Assembly (NCBI GenBank): GCA_963796275.1
Contig: CAWCKY010000007.1
Span: 992,001 to 1,056,000 of the forward strand
Length of the DNA stretch: 64,000 bases
DNA from: an uncultured Acidobacteriota bacterium
GTDB lineage: Bacteria; Acidobacteriota; Blastocatellia; RBC074
Direction of reading: 5' to 3'
Made by a program: the position numbers and the translations under genes. Of the stretch, positions 33,557 to 43,589 are shown one piece after another (the first letter of the stretch is position 1; each line of letters begins with the position of its first letter). The notes beneath the pieces are model-generated. The model was not told the origin of the DNA and ran no database searches. It worked only from the letters and a program-made list of their open reading frames with translations.

Positions 33557-33900
33557 ATGTCCAAAGGGAAAACTACAGAGAAATCGGAAGTTCTCCAGGG
33601 TACGCTCAACCTGATGGTCCTGAAAGTTCTCGATGCGCTCGGTTCGCAGATGTGTATGGCATCGCCCGCCGGATCGAGCAAGTGAGCGAGCAGGTTCTGC
33701 AATTGAATGAAGGAACGGTCTACACCACGCTCTTGCGGCTCCAACAGCGGGGATGGATCGCTTCAGACTGGGGACGATCGCAGGCGAAATACTATTCGAT
33801 CACAAAGAACGGCCGAAAACAGCTTGCGAGAGAGACGGAGAATTGGGAGCGGATCGCAGGAGTGATCAGGCACCTATTGAGGCTGGAAGGCCAGGAGTAA
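33557..33900 (+). CDS. Acidobacterial PadR-family regulator, frameshifted near 33650
   Basis: LQGTLNLMVLKVL then YGIARRIEQVSEQVLQLNEGTVY...YYSITKNGRKQL. Confidence 0.8.
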
Positions 33901-33902
33901 AG

Positions 33903-36557
33903 ATGACCCATTACTTGCGCACTCTATTGACGAGACTGCGAGGATTGTTCGGATATCGAGGAACGGAGCGAGAACTCAACGACGAGATCGAAACGCACAT
34001 GCGCCTGCTCGCTGAGCGGTATGTCCGCCAGGGGATGAGTGAGGCCGAGGCCGCCCAAGCCGCCCGCCGCCAGTTCGGAAACGTAACCTTGCTAAAGGAG
34101 GTCAATCGCGAGATGCGTGGAATCAGATTCATAGAGACGATCTTTCAGGATGTTCGGTACGTACTCTGGATGCTGAGGAGGAATCCCGGATTCACTTGCG
34201 TCGCCGTACTCACCCTGGCGCTGGGCGTCGGGGCGAACACGGCGATCTTCAGTCTCGTCAATGCTGCTCTAATCCGGCCGCTGCCAGTCGTACGTGAGCC
34301 TAATCAACTTGTAGAAGTCTTCACTAGGGACGCCACCACTTCATATCCCGATTACGTTGATTATAGGAATCAAAACCAGGTGCTCTCCGGACTCTTCGCT
34401 CACGCTCCGGTGCAATTAATTCTGAATACTGACGGCTCAAGTGAGATGATCCTGGGTGAACTCGTTACCGGCAACTATTTTCAGGTATTAGGTGTGAACG
34501 CAGCCATTGGTCGGACCTTACTACCCGAAGATGACCAGACTCCTGGCGGAAGCCCGGTGGCAGTTATCAATTACGATCTTTGGCAGAATCGCTTCGGCTC
34601 CGATCCAAACATAACTGGAAGGTCAATTTCTCTCAACGGGCGCTCCTTTAATATTGTTGGAGTTGCTCCGAAAGGCTTCGTCGGCATAAATCTTGGATTC
34701 ACTCGGCAACTTTGGGTTCCAATGATGATGCAGGAGCAGGCGCTGCCCGGAAGCAAGGTTTTGGAACATCGTGGCGCGAACTGGCTCAGAGTAACGGGAC
34801 GTCTCAAGCCCGGCACAACTCTCGAGCAGGCGCAGTCTAATTTGGCATTCCTTGCGAATCAATTGACGCAAGCCTATCCCAAAACTAACAAGGGGAAGGT
34901 TGTCACTCTGGCGCCATCCGATAGCGCTGGAATTCCACCGGCAAGTCGGGCGGCGTTTCTTAAAAGCGTGAGAATCGCCATGGGCGTAGTGGCCCTGGTG
35001 TTGCTCATCGCCTGCGCAAATGTAGCGAGCTTACTACTATCACGATCCATCGCGCGTCGGAAAGAGATCGCAATCAGGTCGGCAATGGGTGCTGGTTCCG
35101 CTCGCCTTGTGCGACAGTTGCTCACTGAAAGCATCATGATCTCGTTAATCGGTGGCTCCCTGGGTCTGTTGCTGGCGCTCTGGCTCAGCAAGATATTGCT
35201 GACCTTCCCTCTTCCTTACTTCAATCCTAACACGTTCGACGTAGGATTGGATTGGAGAGTGTTTACCTTTTCATTAGTTATTTCGATTGTGAGCGGCATA
35301 ATCTTTGGGTTAGCTCCAGCACTGCAATTCATGCACCCAGATGTGGTAACCGCGCTTAAAGATGATGTGCAAATACGCCATATAGGCAAATATCGTCTCA
35401 ACACCTTAATCGTAGCTTTCCAGATCGCACTTTCATTAGTCTTGCTGATTGCAGCCGGTTTATTTGTCAGAAGCTTTCGCCACGCGCAAGCTATCATACT
35501 CGGCTTCGATACAGAAAAAGTGACAGTCATACCACTTGAGCTCCGCCTGAACGGATATGCTCCTGACGAGGGCAAACTGCTCTATCGGCGAATGGTAGAG
35601 CGCCTGGAGTCTCTGCCTGGCGTAGAATCTTTGAGCCTTGCCAGCATTGTTCCACTTAGCGGAAGCGGGAGTCAGTCCGGCATACTTGTTCCAGGCGTTA
35701 CTCCACCTCAGGGCAAGGACTACTTTACAATCGAGAACGTGATTGTAGGGCCGAAGTATTTTCAGACGATGGGCATACCTCTGCTCAAAGGGCGTGATTT
35801 CACCTTACAAGACGTACAAGACACTCCGCTGGTGGTCATTATTAATCAGGCAATGGCCCGTAGTTTTTGGCCCCATGAAGATCCGATCGGTAAGGAATTC
35901 ACCACCATCCGAGGAACTAGATATCGGATCGTCGGGTTAGCAAGTGACAGCAAGTATCGCTATCTCTGGACAGACCCTCAACCCCTGTATTATGTGCCGT
36001 TTCTCCAACTCTACAGCTCCAGGATGAATTTCCTTGTGCGCACGAGTGGTGACCCGAGGCATACTCTGACTGTATTGGCGCGAGAAGTTCATGAGTTTGA
36101 TAAGAATGTGCCGTTGGCGAAGGCTACGGAACTAAAAGAGGAGATTGCCAAATTGCTCGAGCCTCAACGGACGGCGGCGATATTCTCAACCGGTTTTAGT
36201 CTCCTGGCGTTGCTATTAGCAATACTGGGACTCTACGGTGTGATGTCCTATTCGGTAAATCAGCGCGAACGTGAGATCGGCATCCGCATGGCCCTCGGCG
36301 CGAATAAGCGCGAGGTGATCAGTTTAATTATCAAACGGGGAATGGGGACGGTATTGATTGGTATTACCCTCGGTGTGGTTGCTGCGTTGCTCATGACTCG
36401 TTTTCTCAAGACCCTGCTTTACGATATCAGTGTCACTGACCCGGTAACGTTCGTAGTTAGTTCAGTAGGATTGATTGTAGTAGCGCTATTCGCTAGCTAT
36501 ATACCTGCCCGGAGAGCAGCGAAAGTTGATCCGATAGCTACATTGCGGCGCGAGTAG
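33903..36557 (+). CDS. ADOP-type duplicated ABC permease (MacB/FtsX-like)
   Basis: ELNDEIETH, AARRQFGN, ALGVGANTAIFS, LLIACANVA, REIGIRMALGA and PARRAAKVDP motifs; directly downstream of padR. Confidence 0.92.
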   Translation: MTHYLRTLLTRLRGLFGYRGTERELNDEIETHMRLLAERYVRQGMSEAEAAQAARRQFGNVTLLKEVNREMRGIRFIETIFQDVRYVLWMLRRNPGFTCVAVLTLALGVGANTAIFSLVNAALIRPLPVVREPNQLVEVFTRDATTSYPDYVDYRNQNQVLSGLFAHAPVQLILNTDGSSEMILGELVTGNYFQVLGVNAAIGRTLLPEDDQTPGGSPVAVINYDLWQNRFGSDPNITGRSISLNGRSFNIVGVAPKGFVGINLGFTRQLWVPMMMQEQALPGSKVLEHRGANWLRVTGRLKPGTTLEQAQSNLAFLANQLTQAYPKTNKGKVVTLAPSDSAGIPPASRAAFLKSVRIAMGVVALVLLIACANVASLLLSRSIARRKEIAIRSAMGAGSARLVRQLLTESIMISLIGGSLGLLLALWLSKILLTFPLPYFNPNTFDVGLDWRVFTFSLVISIVSGIIFGLAPALQFMHPDVVTALKDDVQIRHIGKYRLNTLIVAFQIALSLVLLIAAGLFVRSFRHAQAIILGFDTEKVTVIPLELRLNGYAPDEGKLLYRRMVERLESLPGVESLSLASIVPLSGSGSQSGILVPGVTPPQGKDYFTIENVIVGPKYFQTMGIPLLKGRDFTLQDVQDTPLVVIINQAMARSFWPHEDPIGKEFTTIRGTRYRIVGLASDSKYRYLWTDPQPLYYVPFLQLYSSRMNFLVRTSGDPRHTLTVLAREVHEFDKNVPLAKATELKEEIAKLLEPQRTAAIFSTGFSLLALLLAILGLYGVMSYSVNQREREIGIRMALGANKREVISLIIKRGMGTVLIGITLGVVAALLMTRFLKTLLYDISVTDPVTFVVSSVGLIVVALFASYIPARRAAKVDPIATLRRE

Positions 36558-36793
36558 GACCACCTTCTTCGTAGCTCTAACCAAGCTGAAAACTCGATTT
36601 GGAAGTTATTCACTTTACGACTCCGGTGAGGCGGTCTACCGTTCCGTTGGTCCAGGTTTTCTATCGCTTTTCTTAGGGTTTCTGAAGTCTCGAATCAATG
36701 TAGTCTTCAGATAGTTCATCGAAGTCTCCTTCCGCAATTTTTAGTCCATCTATCGATATCCGCTAATCGGCTCGACCGCCAACGGAGTCGCGT

Positions 36794-36967
36794 TTATCTC
36801 TTCAAACGTCTGGCGATCTCCTTACCGAACTTGTCGCGCCTGACGGCGATCCGTTGCACGTATACGCGCGTCGTCGCCGCGTGCTTGTGGCCGAGCGCCT
36901 CCTGTGTCTCGCTCAAGCTGCCGCTGCCCTCCGCCACCATGCGCGCGAAGGAATGGCGCAATTGATG
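36794..36967 (-). pseudogene. Tyrosine recombinase C-terminal fragment
   Basis: HQLRHSFARMV...TQEALGHKHAATTRVY. Confidence 0.75.
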
Positions 36968-36974
36968 CAAAATG

Positions 36975-37945
36975 GATGTCGCCGATCTTCGGGTTCGAGA
37001 ACGATTCGCCTAAAAATTCTCCACTTCTCTAATCTCGAAGAGATCCATATGGAGTGGGAAGCTTACGACGGTTCCGGGGCTCGCCATCGACATATCGCCC
37101 GAATTCGCGAATATCTCGGGGTGAAGAAGTTCGATGAAACAGCGCACTCGATTTTATCGGCGACTGTGCGCCAAGCCGCACTGTTACGCGAAGATCTCGT
37201 TGATATCATCAATATTGTTATTGAGGAGCTTGTGCGTCGCCGTTACGAGTTGCCGCCTTTCCCCACCCTGCAGGCGTAATCGCAAAGAGCACGGACGGCG
37301 ACCAATCGCGAATTTTTCGAGCGAGTCTCTCAATCCTTGGGAATAGATCGATGCCAGACAATCGATCGGTTGGCCGAAGTGGATGGGGTCGAGAGAAGAT
37401 CATTATGGCAATCATTGAAAGCGGATCCGGGCGCGCCGACACTCAAACAAATACGTGGGTGGGTGAAGCGGCTTTCCTGGCTCAAGTCTTTGGATATGCA
37501 TTCGGCAAAATTCTTTGCCGGCGTTCCCGCCGTCAGAATGCAATCATTTGCTTTGGAAGCCCGCAGTTTGAACGCCGCGCGAATGCTCGAAATGGAATCG
37601 CACAAGCGTTATACGTTGGCGGCGGCATTGGTGTCCCGACAGATTGCGCAATGTCTCGACGATCTTGGGGAGATGCTGATCAGAAGGTTCGTAAGATGCA
37701 CCGCCAGGCGCATGAAGAATTTCAGCAGGCGTTGCTCGAGCGACAGACGCAGACCGATCAACTCATCAGCGCCTTTTCCAGGTCCTCTCGGTTTGGGTGG
37801 AGGGGACCTCCGTTAACCAAAAGCATACGGCTTTGGAATCGATTCTCAATCACCAGGCCGAGTCATTGATCGAGCTTTGCCGTCTGCATGAAGCCCTGAC
37901 CAGGCACAACTATCTCGGTTTTTTGTGGAAGAACTATCTGACATT
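36975..37945 (+). pseudogene. Tn3-family transposase N-terminal fragment (frameshifted)
   Basis: RHIARIREYLG, IEELVRRRYELPPFPTL, WQSLKADPG and LDDLGEMLIR fragments (DUF4158-like). Confidence 0.75.
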
Positions 37946-38447
37946 GGGGAAAGCGATCGTCATCCTCGACCCGGCGTCCGCACAGGCGATTCCCGACGAG
38001 CTTCTCACGCTCGTGGATTACATCACTCCCAACGAGACAGATCTCGCGATGCTGAATGGTGTCACACGCGAGGGCAGTCTCGATTGCAATGATGCTTCGC
38101 AGATGGCTCGCCGATCGTTATCACGAGGCGCGAAGCGAGTGATCGTCAAATTGGGGTCACAGGGCGCTCTGCTGGTAGGAGAAGACTACGAGCACTTTTG
38201 GCCGGCCGTGTCAGTCGTAGCGGTCGATACGGCAGCTGCCGGAGACGCGTTCAACGCCGCTTTAGCCGTCGCCTTGGCCGCCGGGAAATCTGAGATCGAG
38301 GCGGGAGAGTTTGCCGCAGTGGCAGCGGCATATTCAGTCACGCGCAAAGGCGCGCAGCCGAGCATGCCGACCTTGCAGGAGATTGAGAATCTGCTTCGGA
38401 AAGAATCACTACAAAAATCACAAACGGAACAAAAGGCGCAAAGTTGA
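37946..38447 (+). pseudogene. rbsK: Ribokinase (PfkB) C-terminal fragment
   Basis: ITPNETD, VIVKLGSQGA, DTAAAGDAFN and KGAQPSMP motifs; N-terminus replaced by the Tn3 remnant. Confidence 0.75.
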
Positions 38448-38493
38448 CTTCTTTGTACCTTTTATTCCTTTTATCTTCTGTTTTTTTGTGACG

Positions 38494-40318
38494 TCAGTAA
38501 CCTACGGCACACCCGTTAAGCCCTGAGGGCGCGGCCCCGATCCGTTTACCCGTCTTCGGATCGATTTGAATCGCAACCCAATAACCGAGCTGGGCCCTCG
38601 CCTCTGTCTTCGAGAGAAGCTTAATGGCCTGTCCTTTGGCGATGACAGCTCCGACCAATTTTTCCGAAAAGTCGCCCTCCGCCATCGCCTCCCGGTAGGC
38701 TTGCGGAGTTGTTGACCCGCCAGCGGGGTCTATTTCTAAAAACGGTCCCCTGAAATTGGGAGTATCGATTGACCTTTTCAGGATCCATGTCGAAATCGAG
38801 CACATTGACTAGGTTATTCAGCATCGTTGTGTGTAGTGCCGGGCCGCCAATACAGCTTGAAACCAGGTAAGGCTTGTTGTTTTTCAGCACAATCACTGGG
38901 TTGGTCGTTTCAGCCAATCGGTCGCCCGGTTTGAGTTTGGCGATCGCTGATTGCTGAAACGTGGCCGAATCGGGGATCGAGATCCCATCGACGAATATCC
39001 CGGTGGCCCCCCAATTAATTGTGTTTATCGAATGGAGAAGGGCGGCAACGTTGCCTTGTGCATCCATGGCAACGACTCCGGCTGAGTGGTTGTTGCCGGT
39101 CTTCGACTCTCTTGCCGATAACATCTTTTGCCAGGCCGATTCATTCATCTTCCGCCAGAGGAGCCGGGCGCTCTCCTTCTTCACTCGGGACTCAGGTGAA
39201 GGATCGATCTCGGGCACATACGTCTTGATGAACGCCGGTTGCCAAAAAGAAAGTGCAATACCCGCACGACAGATCTGAATAAAGTGATACAACGATTCGG
39301 ATGAGGTTGTGTAATGACCATGCCGTTTCAGATCAGCCGCCTCCAGCAGATTGAATGCCTCAATCGTTTGTACGCCGCCAAGACTAGGAAGACCGAGTGA
39401 GTATACCTGATAGCCGTGATAGCTGGTTTGCACAGGTTCGGACCAAATGGCCCGATATGCCTTCAGGTCTGTGAGCGTAATCTTGCCACCCTCGCTCTGC
39501 ACCGCGGCCACCAACTTCTTCGCCCATTCTCCCTGGTAGATATAATCAGCCCCTTTTGCGGCTACCTTTCGCAGTGTCTCCGCCAATTGCGGCTGTTTGA
39601 AAAGATCGCCCGTTTCGTAGAATTCGCCGTTCTCTTTGGTGAAGATCCGCATCGTCTCAGGCCGCCGGGTGATGACCTTCTTTTCCTGGCTGATGTAGTA
39701 ACTAAGAAGGCGGTCCACAATGACGCCTTTTTCTGCCAGATAGATAGCCGGGTCGAACAGGCTGGTGAAAGGGAGCTTGCCGAAACGATCGTGCGCAGCC
39801 TGCACTCCGGCGAAAAATCCAGGCACGAGCGCGGTGCGTCCGCTCGACATACCTCCCCCCGGAATGGTGAGCGGGTCTTTCTCCTCCAGCAGCGTGTTGT
39901 AGCCGGCATTGAGCGAGTAGACCTTTTTGCTAGCTGCGTCATAGTAGACCATCGTCAGAATTCCGGCGTAGCTGATCGTGGCGCCCGCTTTCAGTGCCAC
40001 CTGTGCGAGCGCGGTGGTCAATGCGGCATCGACTGCGCTGCCGCCCTGCTGCAGTGCTTCCAGCCCAACACGCGCGGCTAATGCATCAGAGGTTACCGCG
40101 ACCATCCCCTTGCTGCTTTCAGCCGCCGGATGCGGCTTCATGTAGATATTTTGTAATTGCCAATACTTTTCCAGCTCGCCTTGCGGCCAGGCATCGGGAG
40201 ACAGCTTGACCTCGCCCGATTGGCGCAACTGTGCGGAAATATTGCCTGTCGGTGCTACCTGCAATAGAAGCGCCAGTAGAACGAGAAAATAAAGGCTGAG
40301 AGAGATACTATTTTTCAT
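38494..40318 (-). CDS. Secreted gamma-glutamyltransferase-like Ntn-hydrolase, frameshifted at about 38773
   Basis: LQQGGSAVDAA, VPGFFAG, HDRFGKLPF, QPQLAETL and GGKITLTDL motifs; C-terminus continues in the 38494..38805 frame. Confidence 0.85.
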
Positions 40319-40454
40319 AAAACAGCTCCTCAATATAGTTGGTCGGATTCGGGATTTGAGATAGTAGTAATTCAGAATTCAGTGATGCATAAGTTTTCAA
40401 TTTTTAGTATTAGTTTTCTTGATCCTGCCGGATTTGTGAATCAGGCAATCACGC

Positions 40455-40595
40455 AAGCATCAGAGGCGCCCAATGTTTATAGCTCTGGCAACAAAGTATC
40501 TCGCAAGCTCCGACGGAGCAACATATCAGTATAGATACGCCGCCCCGCTGGGGCTGCAGGGCTTTAACTATAAACATACCTCCCCTCCGGGATTG
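40455..40595. repeat. Degenerate REP-like palindrome cluster
   Basis: ATGTTTATAG/CTATAAACAT inverted pair flanking GCTCCGACGGAGC and GCCCCGCTGGGGC hairpins. Confidence 0.5.
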
Positions 40596-40802
40596 ACTCA
40601 CAAAATCCGATGCGGCCAGCAATTTTAGATTATCGGATTTAGGGAAGTGAGATAGATTCAGTGGCCGTCCTGATATTCCGTTGATGTATCGTACTCTTTG
40701 ATCATCTCAAGTTCCCGCGCTTTGTTCTGATGATCTCGCATAATATATTGCATTCTCCAGCTCAATGTACCTCTCAATGTACCTCTACGCCGGATTATAG
40801 TC

Positions 40803-40937
40803 CAAGTGAGCGCGACTGATCCGGCAACCTTCGTGGTCATTGCTTTGCTGCTGGTCGGTGTCGCGCTGATTGCCAGCTACATTCCGGCGCGGCGCGCAAC
40901 GAAGGTCGATCCGCTACAGGCTCTTCGACACGAATGA
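40803..40937 (+). pseudogene. ADOP permease C-terminal fragment
   Basis: [43 protein letters not shown]. Confidence 0.8.
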
Positions 40938-41040
40938 TGCGGCTTCAGGGCGAGCTTGGATGGAGAGGCATTTTGAGACCGCGCGACTTAGCACGGTAAA
41001 TCACTTCAAGTATAGAACGTATTGTAGTATCATTCGTTCC

Positions 41041-41125
41041 GTGAAATTGACGATAGGATTGAAATTGAATCCGACGAAAGAGCAAGCTCTCGCATTGAAA
41101 GAGACGCTTGAGCGAGCCAATACGG
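41041..41125 (+). pseudogene. tnpB: TnpB N-terminal fragment
   Basis: VKLTIGLKLNPTKEQALALKETLERAN, truncated at the cob cluster boundary. Confidence 0.6.
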
Positions 41126-41139
41126 ATGACCTTAATGAT

Positions 41140-42441
41140 TCATGGCAAAAAGAGCATGGCGGCGGCCTCTGGATTTGAAGCGAAGTAGCAGTGAAGGTAA
41201 CTCGCGGTCAGTCGCTCCAGTTGATAAATTCCTTCCCCTGGCGAGGTCTTGAACAAACGCTCACCGGATGCAATCGGGGAGAGCGGCGTATCGATCACGG
41301 AATGGTGAAAGGTGTGACTGCGCAAGGCACCGCCTGGCATCAACGCCGTTTGATAACCCAAGCCTTGGAGCCGCGATTTCATGGCAGCACTCCCCGGCAA
41401 CAGGCCGACCATCTCGCCGCGCGCTCCGGCCTGGTCGCTCAGCGACTCGAGCAGATAGAGCATCCCCCCGCATTCCGCATAGATCGGTTTGCCGGCTCGA
41501 AAGTGATCTTGCAGCGCGGCCTTCAATGCTACGTTCTCCTGCAATTGCTGCAGATGCAACTCCGGATAGCCTCCCGGCAGGTAAAGACTGTCGACCGCCG
41601 GCAACTGTCGATCGATGAGCGGCGAAAAGAAGACCAGTTCGGCGCCCATCCCTCGCAATATATCCAGGTTGGCCGGATAGATAAAAGAGAACGCCGGATC
41701 ACGAGCGACACCGATCCGAATGCCACCCAGTAGCGGCGGTGCCGGCTCGGGAGCGGAGCAAATGAATTCGACGGCCTCCGGCAAAGCGGCCAGAGCGGTC
41801 GAGCCAATTGAAGCAGCGGCGGCCGACAACCGGGGTTCGAGATCGTTCACTTCCGCAGCCTGAACCAGACCCAGATGCCGCGACGGCATAGCAAACTGAG
41901 TCGAACGCGGCAATCCGCCAAGATAACGAATGTCCGCGGGCACGCCCTTCGCGATCATTTCGGCATGGCGCGGACTCGCAATCGAATTGGCCACTACACC
42001 GGCGAACGGCAGTTCGGAACGATAGTTGGCAAGTCCGAGCGCGATCGCGCCCAGAGTTTGCGCGGTGCCGCCTGCATCGATCACTGCCAGCACTGGCACT
42101 CCCAGTTTTTCGGCCAGATCGGCGCTGCATGGATCGCCGTCGTAGAGGCCCATGACGCCCTCGATCAGAATCAGGTCCGCCTCTTGCGTGGCGTCATAGA
42201 CCTGGCGCCGGCATTCGGCCTCGCCCGCCAGCCAGAGGTCGAGTTGGTAGACCGGCCTGCCGCAGGCACGCTCCAGGATCATGGGATCGAGAAAATCCGG
42301 GCCGGTCTTGAAGACTCTGACCTTGCGGCTTCGATCGGCGTGGAAGCGAGCGAGCGCGGCCGTCACGGTCGTTTTACCATGATCGGAACCGGGAGCGCTG
42401 ATGAAGAGCGCCGGGCAGCGTCGCGTTGGTAGGTTTTGCAT
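41140..42441 (-). CDS. cbiA: Cobyrinate a,c-diamide synthase
   Basis: GSDHGKTT, FKTGPDFLDP, IEGVMGLYDG, LPGGYPE, YAECGG and ASYLH motifs. Confidence 0.95.
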   Translation of the reverse strand: MQNLPTRRCPALFISAPGSDHGKTTVTAALARFHADRSRKVRVFKTGPDFLDPMILERACGRPVYQLDLWLAGEAECRRQVYDATQEADLILIEGVMGLYDGDPCSADLAEKLGVPVLAVIDAGGTAQTLGAIALGLANYRSELPFAGVVANSIASPRHAEMIAKGVPADIRYLGGLPRSTQFAMPSRHLGLVQAAEVNDLEPRLSAAAASIGSTALAALPEAVEFICSAPEPAPPLLGGIRIGVARDPAFSFIYPANLDILRGMGAELVFFSPLIDRQLPAVDSLYLPGGYPELHLQQLQENVALKAALQDHFRAGKPIYAECGGMLYLLESLSDQAGARGEMVGLLPGSAAMKSRLQGLGYQTALMPGGALRSHTFHHSVIDTPLSPIASGERLFKTSPGEGIYQLERLTASYLHCYFASNPEAAAMLFLP

Positions 42442-42446
42442 GGCGA

Positions 42447-43589
42447 TCAGCTCCAGGGTGTGCCCGTCGATTCGGATAAGAGCGCCGCGACCCTGGCGCG
42501 GTTCGGATGATAGCCGATAAATACCAGCTCCGATCTGTTCACTGATACCTGAACGGCACGGTCGCCGATCGTCACGCGCGAGCGCACCCCCTGCACCAGC
42601 ACCGGGCGTGCAAAATCGGTTGTGCAGACAAATCCCTTGATTCGCAAGATCGGGTGTTCTCCAGCTAATTCGACCAGCGCGGCCTTCAGTCGTTCAATAA
42701 GCTGCGGAGCATGGCTATGCAGAGTGAACGACATCCATCCCGGATCCTGCTCGTGGAAATGCTGGTGCGTGGCCAGACCATGACCGTGCGCTCGCAGACC
42801 GGAATGCGCATGACCGTTCAAGCGGTCCTGATTGCCAGGTAACGGTGAGCCGGAATCCGGGATCGCCGCCGTTTGTGATTGATCGTGATCCTGTACCGCC
42901 AGGGTCGGCTGGTGTAGCCGTAATCCCAGAGCGAGCCTCAGATCGAGCTGTGCGTGATAGGCGAGTTCAAGGAAGCGCACGTTCGAGGCGCGCTGACGGA
43001 TCCGGGTCTCAGCCTGTAAGAGCGCGTCTTCATCGAGCCCGTCGATCTTGTTCAGCACCACGACGTCGGCGGATTCGAGCTGCCGCTCGAACAAGGCCGC
43101 CACGGAGTTCGAGGCCTCGATCTGCGTACCCTCGACTCCCCCGGCTCGGTCGAATTGATCGGCTAATAACAATGGAGTGTCCACCACTGCCAGCGTGGCA
43201 TCCAGAATAAAATCGGCGGCCAGTTCGGGTCCCTGGAGTCTCTCCATGACGGCTGTCGGCAAAGCCAGGCCCGAGGTCTCGATCAGCACCTGGTCGACCT
43301 GGGAACGGCGCACGGCTATGGCCCGCATAGTCGGGATAAAAAGTTCATCATCGCCATAAGCGATCAGACCGTGCGGGAGATCGTGAATCCGGATCCGGCC
43401 ATGATCTTCAGCCTGGCCGCGCAGCAACATGCCATCGATTGAGACTTCGCCGAATTCGTTGATCACGAGCGCGAGCCGGCGGGCCGGTTCGCGTTTGGTA
43501 GAGACAGGATTAATCAACCGGCTCAGCAAGGTGGTCTTACCCGAGCCCAAAAAACCGGTGACGATGGTGACCGGGATCAATTGATTCAT
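42447..43589 (-). CDS. cobW: CobW-like COG0523 GTPase
   Basis: IPVTIVTGFLGSGKTT, INEFGE, IETSGLALP and LNKID motifs; His-rich linker; ILRIKG. Confidence 0.9.
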   Translation of the reverse strand: MNQLIPVTIVTGFLGSGKTTLLSRLINPVSTKREPARRLALVINEFGEVSIDGMLLRGQAEDHGRIRIHDLPHGLIAYGDDELFIPTMRAIAVRRSQVDQVLIETSGLALPTAVMERLQGPELAADFILDATLAVVDTPLLLADQFDRAGGVEGTQIEASNSVAALFERQLESADVVVLNKIDGLDEDALLQAETRIRQRASNVRFLELAYHAQLDLRLALGLRLHQPTLAVQDHDQSQTAAIPDSGSPLPGNQDRLNGHAHSGLRAHGHGLATHQHFHEQDPGWMSFTLHSHAPQLIERLKAALVELAGEHPILRIKGFVCTTDFARPVLVQGVRSRVTIGDRAVQVSVNRSELVFIGYHPNRARVAALLSESTGTPWS

